This document shows, in pieces, positions 55,441 to 64,000 of a DNA stretch of 64,000 nucleotides. The notes under the pieces were generated by a model, which saw only the letters and a list, made by a program, of their open reading frames with translations, was not told the origin of the DNA and searched no databases. The stretch covers positions 1,784,582 to 1,848,581 of the forward strand of contig CBDHFO010000017.1 in NCBI GenBank assembly GCA_965262645.1. Reading direction: 5' to 3'. The DNA comes from Candidatus Marinacidobacterium sp. Lineage in GTDB: Bacteria > Acidobacteriota > Vicinamibacteria > Marinacidobacterales > Marinacidobacteraceae. Numbering within the stretch: position 1 is the first letter of the stretch; every line of letters starts with the position of its first letter. A program made the translations under genes and the position numbers.

Positions 55441-55609
55441 TACCAAGGTGAAGGCCGCGGCTTTTTCATGACGGGCGGGGTGTGCAGGAGAAACCGATCA
55501 TGTGGGTTTCTCCCGGTGGGGGCCCGAAGGGAGGCGAAGCGCAAGACGGAAACAGCCCCGGATGGCTCAGACGTCGGTTCGACGAGGGCAGCAGTCTGAG
55601 AAATGCGGG

Positions 55610-57349
55610 CTACGACTCGGGCTCAGCCGAGATCGTGAATACCGACCTGCCCCGCGAAAACGTCTCCAGGATCGGGATGAACTCCAGGTTCTCCGGGTCC
55701 GCGGTCAGCGGGCTCTCTCCCAGAATCACCAGGTCCGCCTGCTTTCCGACCGTGATCGAACCCTTGGTGTCCTCCTCGAAGTACTGGTAGGCGCCTCCGA
55801 GCGTCACCGCGTGTAGCGCCTGCATCACCGTCGGCCGCTGGTGCGGCCCGAGGATGTGCCCGCTGCGGGTCTTGCGGTTCACGGTGATCGAGACCAGGCG
55901 CATCATGTGCGGCGGGACCACCGAGGCGTCGTTGTGGACCGTGAAGTTCACCCCCCGTTCGAGGGCCCAACCCACCGGGCTGACGTTGTTGCCCCGCTCC
56001 TCGCCGAAGCTGCGCCGGTGCCAGTCGCCCCAGAAGAAGGAGTGCGCCGCGAAGAACGAGGGCACGACGTTCAACTCCGCGGCGCGGTCGAGCTGGTCCG
56101 CGCGCATGAGCTGGGCGTGGATGATGACGGAGCGATGGTCGGGCATGGGATCCATGTCCGCGACCGCTTCGTCCACTCCGTCGATCATGAGATCCATCGC
56201 CGCATCGCCGTTGGAGTGCACGATGATCGGGATGCCCGCCTCGATCAACTGGTCCGCCTGGGCCTTGTACTCGTCGGGATCCATCACGCCGTAGGCCACA
56301 TAGTCCGGCGGCGCGCCCGGCGGGCCCTCCTCGTACGGGATCGTGACCCAGGCCGTGCGTCCCTGGGGAGAGCCGTCCAGCATGAGCTTCACCCCGGCCA
56401 CCCGGAACCCGCTGCGGTATCCCCGCGTGTAAGGCACGCCCGGGACCTCGTCGGGCGCGCCGAGCTTGCGAATGAAGGCCGCGACATCCGCCTTGAAGGG
56501 CTCCCGGTCGGCGGCCGCCTGGAGGATCGCCGCGTGCTCGGGGGTGATTCCGCCGTCCTGGATGGTGGTTGTGCCGTGGCTCAGGTAAATGTCGATGGAC
56601 TGGCGGATCAGGTCGCCGAGCGCCTCCCCGGACGGAGTGGGCCTCCGTTCGAACGCCAGCAGTCCGCGGGCGGTTTCTTCCAGCACCCCGTCGGGCTCCA
56701 TCGAGCCCTCGATGCGGCGGATCAGGCCGCCGGGCGGATCCGGCGTGTCGGCGGTGATGTTGCTGGCCGCGAGCAGGGCGGAGTTGGTCGCGACCAGGTG
56801 TCCCGACACATGGGTGAGGATGATGGGATGTTCGGTCGACGCGCGGTCCAGATCCTCGCGAGTGGGATGGCGGCCCTCCTCGAGCAGAGAGTCGTCGTAG
56901 CCGCGTCCGGTCACCGGCTCTCCGGGAGGAATGTCGTGCTCGTCGATCCACGCCCGGACCTTGCGCACGATGTCGTCGATGTTGTTCACGTCTCCCACCG
57001 GCGGCGGGTGCAGCCCCACCAGCAACACCTGGTCGCGGCCCGCTCCCAGGAAGTGGCCGTGGGCGTCGATGAAGCCGGGCAGGAGCGCGTGGTCTCCCAG
57101 ATCCACCACCCGCGTGGACGGCGCTTCGAGCGCCATCACCTCGTCCATCGGTCCGGCGGCCACGATGGTTTCGCCACGCACTGCGACCGCTTCCACGGTG
57201 GGACGTCGCGGGTCCATGGTGACGATGTGGTCGCCGTGGAAGATCGTGTCCGCCGGGTCGGCTTCCTGAGCACAACCCGCGAGAACCACGGAAAAAATGA
57301 ACGCGAGAACGACAAGGGCCTGATTCGACCTGCGCATAACTCTCTCCAC
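55610..57349 (-). CDS. amidohydrolase-family metal-dependent hydrolase, secreted
   Basis: GFIDAHGHF (HxH). N-terminal signal/lipobox VVLAGCAQ. Alternative start at 57337. Confidence 0.85.
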   Translation of the reverse strand: MERVMRRSNQALVVLAFIFSVVLAGCAQEADPADTIFHGDHIVTMDPRRPTVEAVAVRGETIVAAGPMDEVMALEAPSTRVVDLGDHALLPGFIDAHGHFLGAGRDQVLLVGLHPPPVGDVNNIDDIVRKVRAWIDEHDIPPGEPVTGRGYDDSLLEEGRHPTREDLDRASTEHPIILTHVSGHLVATNSALLAASNITADTPDPPGGLIRRIEGSMEPDGVLEETARGLLAFERRPTPSGEALGDLIRQSIDIYLSHGTTTIQDGGITPEHAAILQAAADREPFKADVAAFIRKLGAPDEVPGVPYTRGYRSGFRVAGVKLMLDGSPQGRTAWVTIPYEEGPPGAPPDYVAYGVMDPDEYKAQADQLIEAGIPIIVHSNGDAAMDLMIDGVDEAVADMDPMPDHRSVIIHAQLMRADQLDRAAELNVVPSFFAAHSFFWGDWHRRSFGEERGNNVSPVGWALERGVNFTVHNDASVVPPHMMRLVSITVNRKTRSGHILGPHQRPTVMQALHAVTLGGAYQYFEEDTKGSITVGKQADLVILGESPLTADPENLEFIPILETFSRGRSVFTISAEPES

Positions 57350-57500
57350 AACGGTCAGGGACTGATGTGGGCAGCGTACGGCTGTGCGTCGCGCCCGGTC
57401 AAGCCGCCGCCGTCCCCGGGGGCCATGTACCTCCGTGGGAATTCCTGGTCGTGGCCGTTGCCACGTTGGGAGCCCTCGCCTGACTAGCCAGCAGTCCAGA

Positions 57501-57562
57501 GGGTAATTCGGCGATAGTCCAGAGGGTAATTCGGCGACAGCCTGGAGGCTGATTCAGCGGCC
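57501..57562. repeat. orphan set of the same iteron-like repeats
   Basis: GGGTAATTCGGCGATAG, GGGTAATTCGGCGACAG and AGGCTGATTCAGCGGCC at 22-23 bp spacing. No DUF4143 gene follows. Confidence 0.55.
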
Positions 57563-57737
57563 AGGTGGCAGGCGATTCGCTGCGTTCCGCGGCCCGGAGG
57601 GAGCCGTCGCATCTCCAGCCCATCCTCCGGTGCCCGCATCGTTTCGCTCCCCACCTGGCGATCCGGCGCCAGAACCGAGGTCCATCGCGGTCTGAACCCG
57701 TCCACTCCCAGGCGCGTACTCCAACTCTGTCAACTCC

Positions 57738-58721
57738 TCAAATCACATTCTCGTCCAGTTCCCCGATCCCATTGACACGCGTCCGAATGTCGCGTTGAGC
57801 GCGCGTCTTCATCTGTCCGACGGAGGCTAATGTCGACGCATCGCGTCCTCTCTGCATCCTGCTAATCCACCATATTCGATAGTCGTTCGACGGATTGTTC
57901 AGCCGCCGAACGATGATGTCCACTGTGTCCTGCGAAGTGCGATCAGTGATAAGGATGGACGACACAGATTTTTGAGGGACGGTAATGACCGCAATATCCT
58001 TTCCAGACTGCTGTGTCTTCGACAATTCCGTAATCAAGCGCCACTCTTGTTCATACTCCCAGGCAGCCCCTTTGCGAGACATGAATGCGTATGCGTTTTC
58101 TTGGTTGACAACGCGCGGATCAATAACATACGGAAGCTCATTCACATAGTTCACCTGTCTGATTATCGAAGTACCGAGTAGGTGCCTCACCCAAAGGTCG
58201 ACGTTGTAGCCGATGACAACGCCTCGGCAATCGTCAGCGTAATGCGACCACATTTTCACATCATTCCCCCGAGTCGAAAATGATGTGACTCCGTATCGTT
58301 TTGACAACTGGTCAGAGGTGAGTTCCGCTCCATACCCGAAGGGATTCTTTTGGCGACGTCGTTCCACATCATCGGCAGAAACGGACGATGCTGGGAACAA
58401 TGCGGTTAGAGTCAAAGCGTATTCTTGATTGATGGCCTCGCGATTTCTCTCGCCGTCAGCGAACGTGGGTTTGAAATTGATTTCGTTGATGTCGTTTAGT
58501 TCGTTGGGCGGCGTGGCGCGGAAAGAACACGCCTTCTCATTAGGCAGAGCACTGTCCAATCGATGGGCAGGGATGTATCTGTATAGCACCTGTGGAGGTT
58601 GAGAAAACTGGTCAACAAACGTCTGATCTGGATCCATTAGCCGTGCGCGCCAAAACTGCTTTTGCATCTTCGCGTGCCCAGATGCGTCTATGGAATTCAA
58701 CAGGTCTCGTGTCTTGAACAT
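57738..58721 (-). CDS. DUF2971-like protein (low G+C)
   Basis: ...VLYRYIPAHRLDSAL... and KMWSHYADDCRGVVIGY resemble the DUF2971 signature (recalled). Much lower G+C than the flanks. Confidence 0.55.
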   Translation of the reverse strand: MFKTRDLLNSIDASGHAKMQKQFWRARLMDPDQTFVDQFSQPPQVLYRYIPAHRLDSALPNEKACSFRATPPNELNDINEINFKPTFADGERNREAINQEYALTLTALFPASSVSADDVERRRQKNPFGYGAELTSDQLSKRYGVTSFSTRGNDVKMWSHYADDCRGVVIGYNVDLWVRHLLGTSIIRQVNYVNELPYVIDPRVVNQENAYAFMSRKGAAWEYEQEWRLITELSKTQQSGKDIAVITVPQKSVSSILITDRTSQDTVDIIVRRLNNPSNDYRIWWISRMQRGRDASTLASVGQMKTRAQRDIRTRVNGIGELDENVI

Positions 58722-58980
58722 ACGGATGGAGTGCGGAGAGCGTTAGCGATGTCCGGATTCAGATTCGGCGAATTCAGATTCACGGAAGTTGTCCGGGCCG
58801 TTTGCGGAGTCCGAGCCGGTCAGAATGCACCGCGGAACGGCGATGGCTGCCGCCGGAATTTCGGCCACCTGAACTTTGCCGCCGGTACTCGTACGCGAAT
58901 TGCCTACGGGAAGCATCTCATTAGGAGCAAGGGGTCCTTCGGCGTCGCGGCTGGGCTGGGCCGGGGAAACGAATCCGACC

Positions 58981-61023
58981 TCATCGCGAACCGGAGCTTC
59001 CGAGCGACGCACGCACTGCACTCGGGCGCAGTGCGTCGATTCGAATGGTCGTCTGGCGCTCGTATCCGTCTTCGTGGAACCCCTCGCGCTTGAATTGGAT
59101 CAGTCCGTCCGGGTCCAGGAAGAAGGTCGTGGGGTACCCGGCGATCTCGAAGTCCAAGTTCTTGCCTTCGTCGTCGAAGAGCACCGGGAAGGCGTAACCG
59201 TTTTCTAGGAGTAACTCGCTCACATCCGCGCGGGAGGAGCCCGCTGTCGCGAGGGTGAGGAATACGACTTCGTCGTCGCCTTCGTACTTCTCCAGTAGCT
59301 TCACGAAATGCGGGAACTCTGCGAGGCAGTATCCGCACCATGACGCCCAGAACTTGAGAACGACGACCTTGCCGGCCAGGTCGCGGAGCGCCCACTCGAC
59401 GCCGTTCTGATCGGGCAGGGCGAGGTCGGGCGGTTTGAGGTCAAGACGCTCGCCGAGGGCCCTTACTTCCAGCTCCGCCTGCACGACGGGTTGCCGCACC
59501 GCGAGCCGTTCATCGACGACCTCGGCCGGTAGACCGGCGGCCGCAGCGGCCTCTTCCGCGGCGCGGCGCCAGTCTCCACCGTGGGCGAGCGCTTCCACGA
59601 GCATGTCGAAGCCGCGCTCGGACTCGTGGGTGCGCATGAGATGGCGCCCGAACTCCGCGAGCGTCTGGCTGCCCGGAGACTCCGTCGCAAGCTGCTCGAA
59701 CAGCCGGCCCGCCGCTTCGATTTCGCCCAGCTGCGCCAACGCGCGAGCCTGCAGGACGCGGGCGGTGGTGACAGCGGACTGCCTGGAACGCTCCCGCGCC
59801 TCGCCCCTTCCGGGACGTAGGTAGCCCGGACGGTCGGCGCGTAGTGCCTCCTCCAGATTGATCGCCTGCTCCAGAACCCTCTGTGGTTCGATTCCGTAGT
59901 AGAGCAGGCGGCTCAGCGACGAGATGCGCCCGGGGGTCCGCCAAGTGATCTGGTCCATGACCGCTCCAAAGAGGGATTCGGCGTACTGCGGTGCGAGCCC
60001 TGGTCTCTGTGGCTCGGTCGCCGTGGAAATGGGGTCGTTGCCTTGCTTCGATTCCTCGGCCACGGATTGATCCGCTATCGCCCTGACAACTGACACGCGG
60101 CGGAAGACCCATGCGGAACGCTCGGGCAGCCTCGGCGAGTTCATTCCCTCGCCGATGATTCGCGACAACTCATCCATTGACTCTGCGGCCAACGGACCGT
60201 TGCGAAGGGTCCGAAAGAGGGTCTGGAACTTTCTGACCAGCTCCCAGTAGTGCAGATCGTCAGCCAGCACCCCGCGGTCTGGGGCCGCTAGCAGCCGCGA
60301 GAGCCAGAATTCCGCCTCAGCGCCAGACCCGAGGAAGTCGAAGCCCTTCGCCAGCCGGTAGAGGATCGGTGCCCCGACCTCGTTGATGTCCCTGTTCCGC
60401 GCCGCCAACTCGTCAAGCTCCGTGCGGATCGCGTCCTTCAGAACTTGGCTCCGATTACCCTCTTCCAGATCCGCGAGTGCCACCTGAGCCTCGCCGAGGT
60501 GATGGAGAAACACCGGGTTGTGTGCCTTTGCTTCACGACGGTTCATCAGGACCGCGTTGTAAGCCTCGAGTTGCCCTAGATCCGCTGCCACTTTCTGGGC
60601 GTTGCCGTACAGCTCGGGTCGCTGACTCGCGTTGCGTAGTGCGTCGGGAAGGACTTGCAACAGCTTCTCCCAGTGCCTGCGATCCATCTCAATCGTTCCA
60701 GCCCAGCGCAGCGCATGGAAATACCCGCCCCACGCCGCTGCATCCCCCGGCTCAAGTGCGAGGACACGCTCCCACGCCTTGGCCGCCTTCGCATGCAGGT
60801 CGAAGTAGCGGGCGAGCAGAGCGTATTGGCGATGCGCCTCTGCGTCTTCAGGCTTGGCAGTCCGGGCCGCATCGAAGCGGTGCATGGCGCGCTCGAGATG
60901 GATCGCTTTGAGGGCGGCGGCAGCGTCGGCCATGAGATCGGAATGGGGGCGAGCGTCGGTGCACGCGGAAGCGAGCGCGAGGGCAGCGAGGGTGGGGACG
61001 AGGGAAGAGAGACAGCGTTTCAA
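58981..61023 (-). CDS. TPR-repeat lipoprotein with C-terminal TlpA/ResA-like thioredoxin domain
   Basis: Lipobox LALASAC. TPR-like helical repeats. VVLKFWASWCGYCLAEFP (CxxC). Confidence 0.8.
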   Translation of the reverse strand: MKRCLSSLVPTLAALALASACTDARPHSDLMADAAAALKAIHLERAMHRFDAARTAKPEDAEAHRQYALLARYFDLHAKAAKAWERVLALEPGDAAAWGGYFHALRWAGTIEMDRRHWEKLLQVLPDALRNASQRPELYGNAQKVAADLGQLEAYNAVLMNRREAKAHNPVFLHHLGEAQVALADLEEGNRSQVLKDAIRTELDELAARNRDINEVGAPILYRLAKGFDFLGSGAEAEFWLSRLLAAPDRGVLADDLHYWELVRKFQTLFRTLRNGPLAAESMDELSRIIGEGMNSPRLPERSAWVFRRVSVVRAIADQSVAEESKQGNDPISTATEPQRPGLAPQYAESLFGAVMDQITWRTPGRISSLSRLLYYGIEPQRVLEQAINLEEALRADRPGYLRPGRGEARERSRQSAVTTARVLQARALAQLGEIEAAGRLFEQLATESPGSQTLAEFGRHLMRTHESERGFDMLVEALAHGGDWRRAAEEAAAAAGLPAEVVDERLAVRQPVVQAELEVRALGERLDLKPPDLALPDQNGVEWALRDLAGKVVVLKFWASWCGYCLAEFPHFVKLLEKYEGDDEVVFLTLATAGSSRADVSELLLENGYAFPVLFDDEGKNLDFEIAGYPTTFFLDPDGLIQFKREGFHEDGYERQTTIRIDALRPSAVRASLGSSGSR

Positions 61024-61381
61024 TGGGATGGCCTTGTTGGGGGCGAATATATGTGATCAGGGTGCAGGGGGGCAGCGACTGTCGAGCGGCGTAGCGGGAT
61101 GGACATTGTTCGGCCGCTCCTGGAGAGAATCGGCCGGGGGTCAAGACGTGGAGCATCATGTGAATCCGTGTCACGCGGTGTCCTGGGATCAATAACTTAC
61201 GTTCGTAGTCCTATTCCCGCCGGCGCTTCTCCAAGTTAGGGATGGCAAGCCGCACGGCGTCACGGTAGATGTGCAATTGCGTCTCGCATCTCGGAGTCAG
61301 TGTTTCCTTAGCAATCTCGGGGGGAGTGACCGAGACGGTTGGCTCGGTTGGGGGCTTAGCGGGGCCGGAGCTCGTGTCTAG

Positions 61382-62032
61382 CTAGTCGGCCAGGAACGCT
61401 CCCCAAGATTCCATGAGCGCGCGGCGGCGCTCAAATAGGTCGGAGCGGAAGTACGCCCCCTCGACTCCTCCCACCGTGTGCGCCAGCGCCGCCTCTGCGA
61501 GCTCTCGCGGCGCGCCCGTCTCCGCGCACCAGTCGCGGAAGGCAGAGCGGAATCCGTGAACTGTCGCCCGATCCGCAAGTCCCCGCTCTCGGAGAATCTT
61601 CGTCAGCGTCATATTGGAGAGTTTCCAACCGCGCTGGCGACCCGGAAAGACCAGGGCGCTGCCGTCGTCGACGCCGCGCGCCCGCTCCAGGACGGCCATC
61701 GCCTCCGGCGAAAGGGGAACCCGATGGGGCGCTCCGGTCTTCGTCCGATCACCGGGGATGCGCCACTCGCAGGCCTCAGTATCTATCTCGCTCCATCGCG
61801 CTCCGCGAGGCTCCCCGGATCGCGCCGCCGTCAGGACCAGGAACCGGAGGCAAAGTTTGGCCGCCTTGCTCGCCTTCGACCCATCCACGGTTTCAAGCGC
61901 CGCCGCTACTTCCCGGTACGGCAGCGCCCGGAAGTGCGCCTTGACGGCCGGCATGGCCGGCAGCGCGCCCTCGATTCCTTCCCCGGCCACGTTCTGCTCG
62001 ACGTAGCCATGCGCCCAACACCATCGCAGCAC
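61382..62032 (-). pseudogene. 5'-truncated tyrosine recombinase (P4-type integrase) fragment, catalytic domain retained
   Basis: LTAARSGE (Arg), HGFRSAFRDW (HxxR) and GVEGAYFRSD (Tyr). An in-frame TAG five codons upstream of the first start leaves about 180 N-terminal codons missing. Confidence 0.8.
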
Positions 62033-62190
62033 CGGACGCTTTTGCTGCTAGAGGCGGTGAGCGGTCGCACTATCCGGGATCGTGAGAGGATGCGACACGC
62101 ACGTCAGCGGAGCGCAGCGTCATCAGCCCTGGTTTCGCGCTCCCGCGCGATGCCGACCGGAGGTCGGCGTTCCAAGCCGTCCCCGCGCTT
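61811..62190. repeat. direct repeat of about 0.38 kb, copy 1 (integrase 5' part plus REP-like element)
   Basis: Near-identical to 63358-63740, e.g. CCGGATCG(C/A)GCCGCCGTCAGGA(C/T)CAGGAACCGGAGGCAAAGTTTGGCCGCC... through ...CGCGATGCCGACC(G/A)GAGGTCGGCGTTCCAAGC. Confidence 0.75.
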
Positions 62191-62242
62191 TTTCGCGCTC
62201 GGCACTACGCGTTTTCCCCCGCCTGTGCCCCATCTGACCTGA

Positions 62243-62962
62243 TCAGCCGTACGCACTCCCGCCCGCCTTCGGCGGGCTGTGCCGACCAGGAGTGGGGTCG
62301 TCATTCCCGATGCCGCGTCTTCGGGTGAGCACGCGCCAGGTCAGGGCGCTGAGCTTTTCCGCGGCTATCTCCACCGGCGCCATGCATGCGATGCTCGGGA
62401 CCTCCGGAGGGTCGCGCCGAGCTTCGGCAACAAAGCTCCTGACGGGCCGTTCTTCCGGTGAAACCGCGGGCACGCCGAAAGTCACATCGAGAGAGATCTT
62501 GCGCCGCAGGATGGGCGACTGATCGAACACGAACGGATAGGCAATCTCGCACTTGAAGGTGCGACTTGCATTGCGTACCTGTATGTCTTCCTCCCGAATC
62601 GTCCACTCCGCGGTGTTGCGGAGTGCCTCGATCAACGCCTCGCGGCAGCTTCGGCGCCGAGAGCGTTTGGGATCAATCCCGGGGGCGAAGAGCCTGAAAT
62701 CGAGATCTTCCGAGAACCGCTTGACCAGACCGTATCCCTTGGACAGGCTGGTACCACCGCAAAAGGCAGCGCGCCATCCTTCCTTCTGCGCGCCCTGCAC
62801 CACGGCAACAACCCGCACGGCGTGCCAGTCCTTCTCGACCAGCGACGGATCGACACCGAGCTCCGCTGCGATCGCGAGGAGAAGCTGCCTATCCGGAAGA
62901 GCGCTCAAAGACGATGTTCTGCCCACCGTAGCGGATCTTGCGTGAGAAGCGGCCCTTGACAC
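62243..62962 (-). CDS. AbiEii/AbiGii-family nucleotidyltransferase toxin (start uncertain)
   Basis: FCGGTSLSKGYGLVKRFSEDLDFRLF signature. A TTG at 62908 would reduce the overlap with the upstream gene. Confidence 0.8.
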   Translation of the reverse strand: MSRAASHARSATVGRTSSLSALPDRQLLLAIAAELGVDPSLVEKDWHAVRVVAVVQGAQKEGWRAAFCGGTSLSKGYGLVKRFSEDLDFRLFAPGIDPKRSRRRSCREALIEALRNTAEWTIREEDIQVRNASRTFKCEIAYPFVFDQSPILRRKISLDVTFGVPAVSPEERPVRSFVAEARRDPPEVPSIACMAPVEIAAEKLSALTWRVLTRRRGIGNDDPTPGRHSPPKAGGSAYG

Positions 62963-63314
62963 CGATCACCCGGCCGGTAGGAACCTGGGTCGAGGTCCCT
63001 TCGTTATAGGCTCGGTCAAATGTTGACGGTGCCGTTTTCACCTTCAACCGGTCGAGTGCCTCGGCCGCGAGCATCGGGAGTGGCTGTTGCGGGACCGTGG
63101 CACGAGAAATCGGGGCGGTCGCGGACCGGGCATAGAGCCCGTAGCCGATTCTCACGAGTCGGTCCCCGTCGGCCAACCGCTTCAAGCCACGACCAACCTG
63201 GTCGTAGCCACCCAGATCCCGAAAGTCGCTCCGCACGAAAACATTCCTCGCCTTCTGGCGCTGAATACGCAGCGCAATACGCTCCTCAAGAGTCCGATTC
63301 CGACTTCGTTTCAT
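62889..63314 (-). CDS. AbiEi-type (DUF6088-like) antitoxin
   Basis: Start MKRSRNRTLEERIAL at 63314. ...VFVRSDFRDLGGYDQVGRGLKRLADGDRLVRIGYGLYAR... Sits immediately upstream of the AbiEii gene. Confidence 0.6.
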   Translation of the reverse strand: MKRSRNRTLEERIALRIQRQKARNVFVRSDFRDLGGYDQVGRGLKRLADGDRLVRIGYGLYARSATAPISRATVPQQPLPMLAAEALDRLKVKTAPSTFDRAYNEGTSTQVPTGRVIGVKGRFSRKIRYGGQNIVFERSSG

Positions 63315-63357
63315 GTCAGGCCAGAGTATACAAAAATACGACAAGTCGCGCCTCGCG

Positions 63358-63652
63358 CCTCCCCGGATCGAGCCGCCGTCAGGATCAGGAACCGGAGGCA
63401 AAGTTTGGCCGCCTTGCTCGCCTTCGACCCGTCCACGGTTTCAAGCGCCGCCGCTACTTCCCGGTACGGCAGCGCCCGGAAGTGCGCCTTGACGGCCGGC
63501 ATGGCCGGCAGCGCGCCCTCGATTCCTTTCCCGGTCACGTTCTGCTCGACGTAGCCATGCGCCCAACACCAACGTAGCACGGCGCGCTTTCGCTGCTGGA
63601 GGCGGTGAGCGGTCGCACTATTCGGGATTGTGAGAGGGTGCGACGCTCACGT
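63358..63652 (-). pseudogene. second integrase fragment, truncated at both ends
   Basis: ...NSATAHRLQQRKRAVLRWCWAHGYVEQNV...LTAARSGEARGA, after which homology breaks at the AbiE cassette junction. Confidence 0.75.
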
Positions 63653-63740
63653 CAGTAGAGCGCAGCTTAATCAGCGCTGGTTTCGCGCTCCCGCGCGATG
63701 CCGACCAGAGGTCGGCGTTCCAAGCGGTCCCGGCGTTTCA
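63358..63740. repeat. direct repeat of about 0.38 kb, copy 2
   Basis: See 61811-62190. Confidence 0.75.
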
Positions 63741-63813
63741 TGCGTGGTGGCGTACTGCCGAACGCGCAAAAACAATGGCAGCGAACTTCGTTCGCTGCCC
63801 GCGTGACCGGGGG

Positions 63814-63846
63814 GAAAGTGTGAAAGGGGGGACCCCCCTTTCACAA
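63814..63846. terminator. G/C-rich hairpin, terminator-like (possibly bidirectional)
   Basis: TGTGAAAGGGGGG-acc-CCCCTTTCACA followed by AAAAAG. Shares GAAAGTGTGAAAGGGG with 50253-50268. Confidence 0.4.
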
Positions 63847-64000
63847 AAAGACAGCTCGAATCGCGAATCCCGGAGGGATTTGCGATTTCCGGCGCGCAGC
63901 GCCGGACGGTTCGCTGACGGGGCCTTGGACTACATCGAGCCTCGGCGACGAAACGCTCTACGGAACAAAAGGCCCCGTCAGCGGACCGCCCGGTCGAGCG

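Noticed and set aside
61196-61360. Possible small excisionase/AlpA-like ORF downstream of the integrase fragment (...PPEIAKETLTPRCETQLHIYRDAVRLAIPNLEKRRRE).
   Set aside because: The open frame of about 55 codons has no ATG, GTG or TTG start and no recognisable HTH signature. It may be a remnant, but I cannot support it as a gene.
63580-64000. tRNA/tmRNA gene as integration target next to the integrase fragments.
   Set aside because: No cloverleaf-compatible sequence or GTTCGAATC-type T-loop was seen. The hairpins present look like terminators or REP elements. A tRNA may lie beyond the window.

Overview
High-G+C bacterial chromosomal segment (about two-thirds G+C by eye) using the standard code: TGA serves as a stop, and ATGA/GTGA gene overlaps are common. 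I saw no rRNA, tRNA or CRISPR array. All start codons are predictions and all functions are motif-level calls made by eye.

Left arm (0.8-11 kb, minus strand):
- two tandem serine-hydrolase lipoprotein paralogues
- an internally duplicated aminotransferase
- an SDR, a DUF819-like membrane protein, an AstE/AspA-family deacylase, a 2-hydroxyacid dehydrogenase and a CaCA antiporter

Centre (12.2-40.8 kb): a defence/TA island of about 29 kb, bracketed by two diverged direct copies of a small membrane-anchored protein gene. It contains:
1. a DExH-helicase/DUF1998/nuclease-like giant gene of about 2,140 codons, interrupted by one in-frame TGA and translationally coupled to a UvrD-like helicase
2. 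a PIN/antitoxin pair, an orphan AbiEi and an XRE-ImmA gene
3. two tiny Zn-ribbon ORFs plus an SPPY DNA methyltransferase
4. a lower-G+C OLD/Toprim ABC-ATPase and a HEPN-like gene
5. a DISARM class-1-like SNF2 helicase plus an NPPW adenine methyltransferase of about 1,640 codons, split by an IS1182/IS5-like element with a CTAG target duplication
6. vapBC with a frameshifted vapC

Right arm:
- a TolC-MFP-RND efflux operon
- a gamma-glutamyltransferase flanked by two DUF4143 AAA ATPase paralogues that have iteron-like upstream repeats
- a serine hydrolase, an amidohydrolase, a low-G+C DUF2971 gene and a TPR-thioredoxin lipoprotein
- an AbiEi/AbiEii cassette nested between duplicated 5'-truncated integrase fragments

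Mosaic REP/BIME-like palindromic repeats occupy most operon boundaries.
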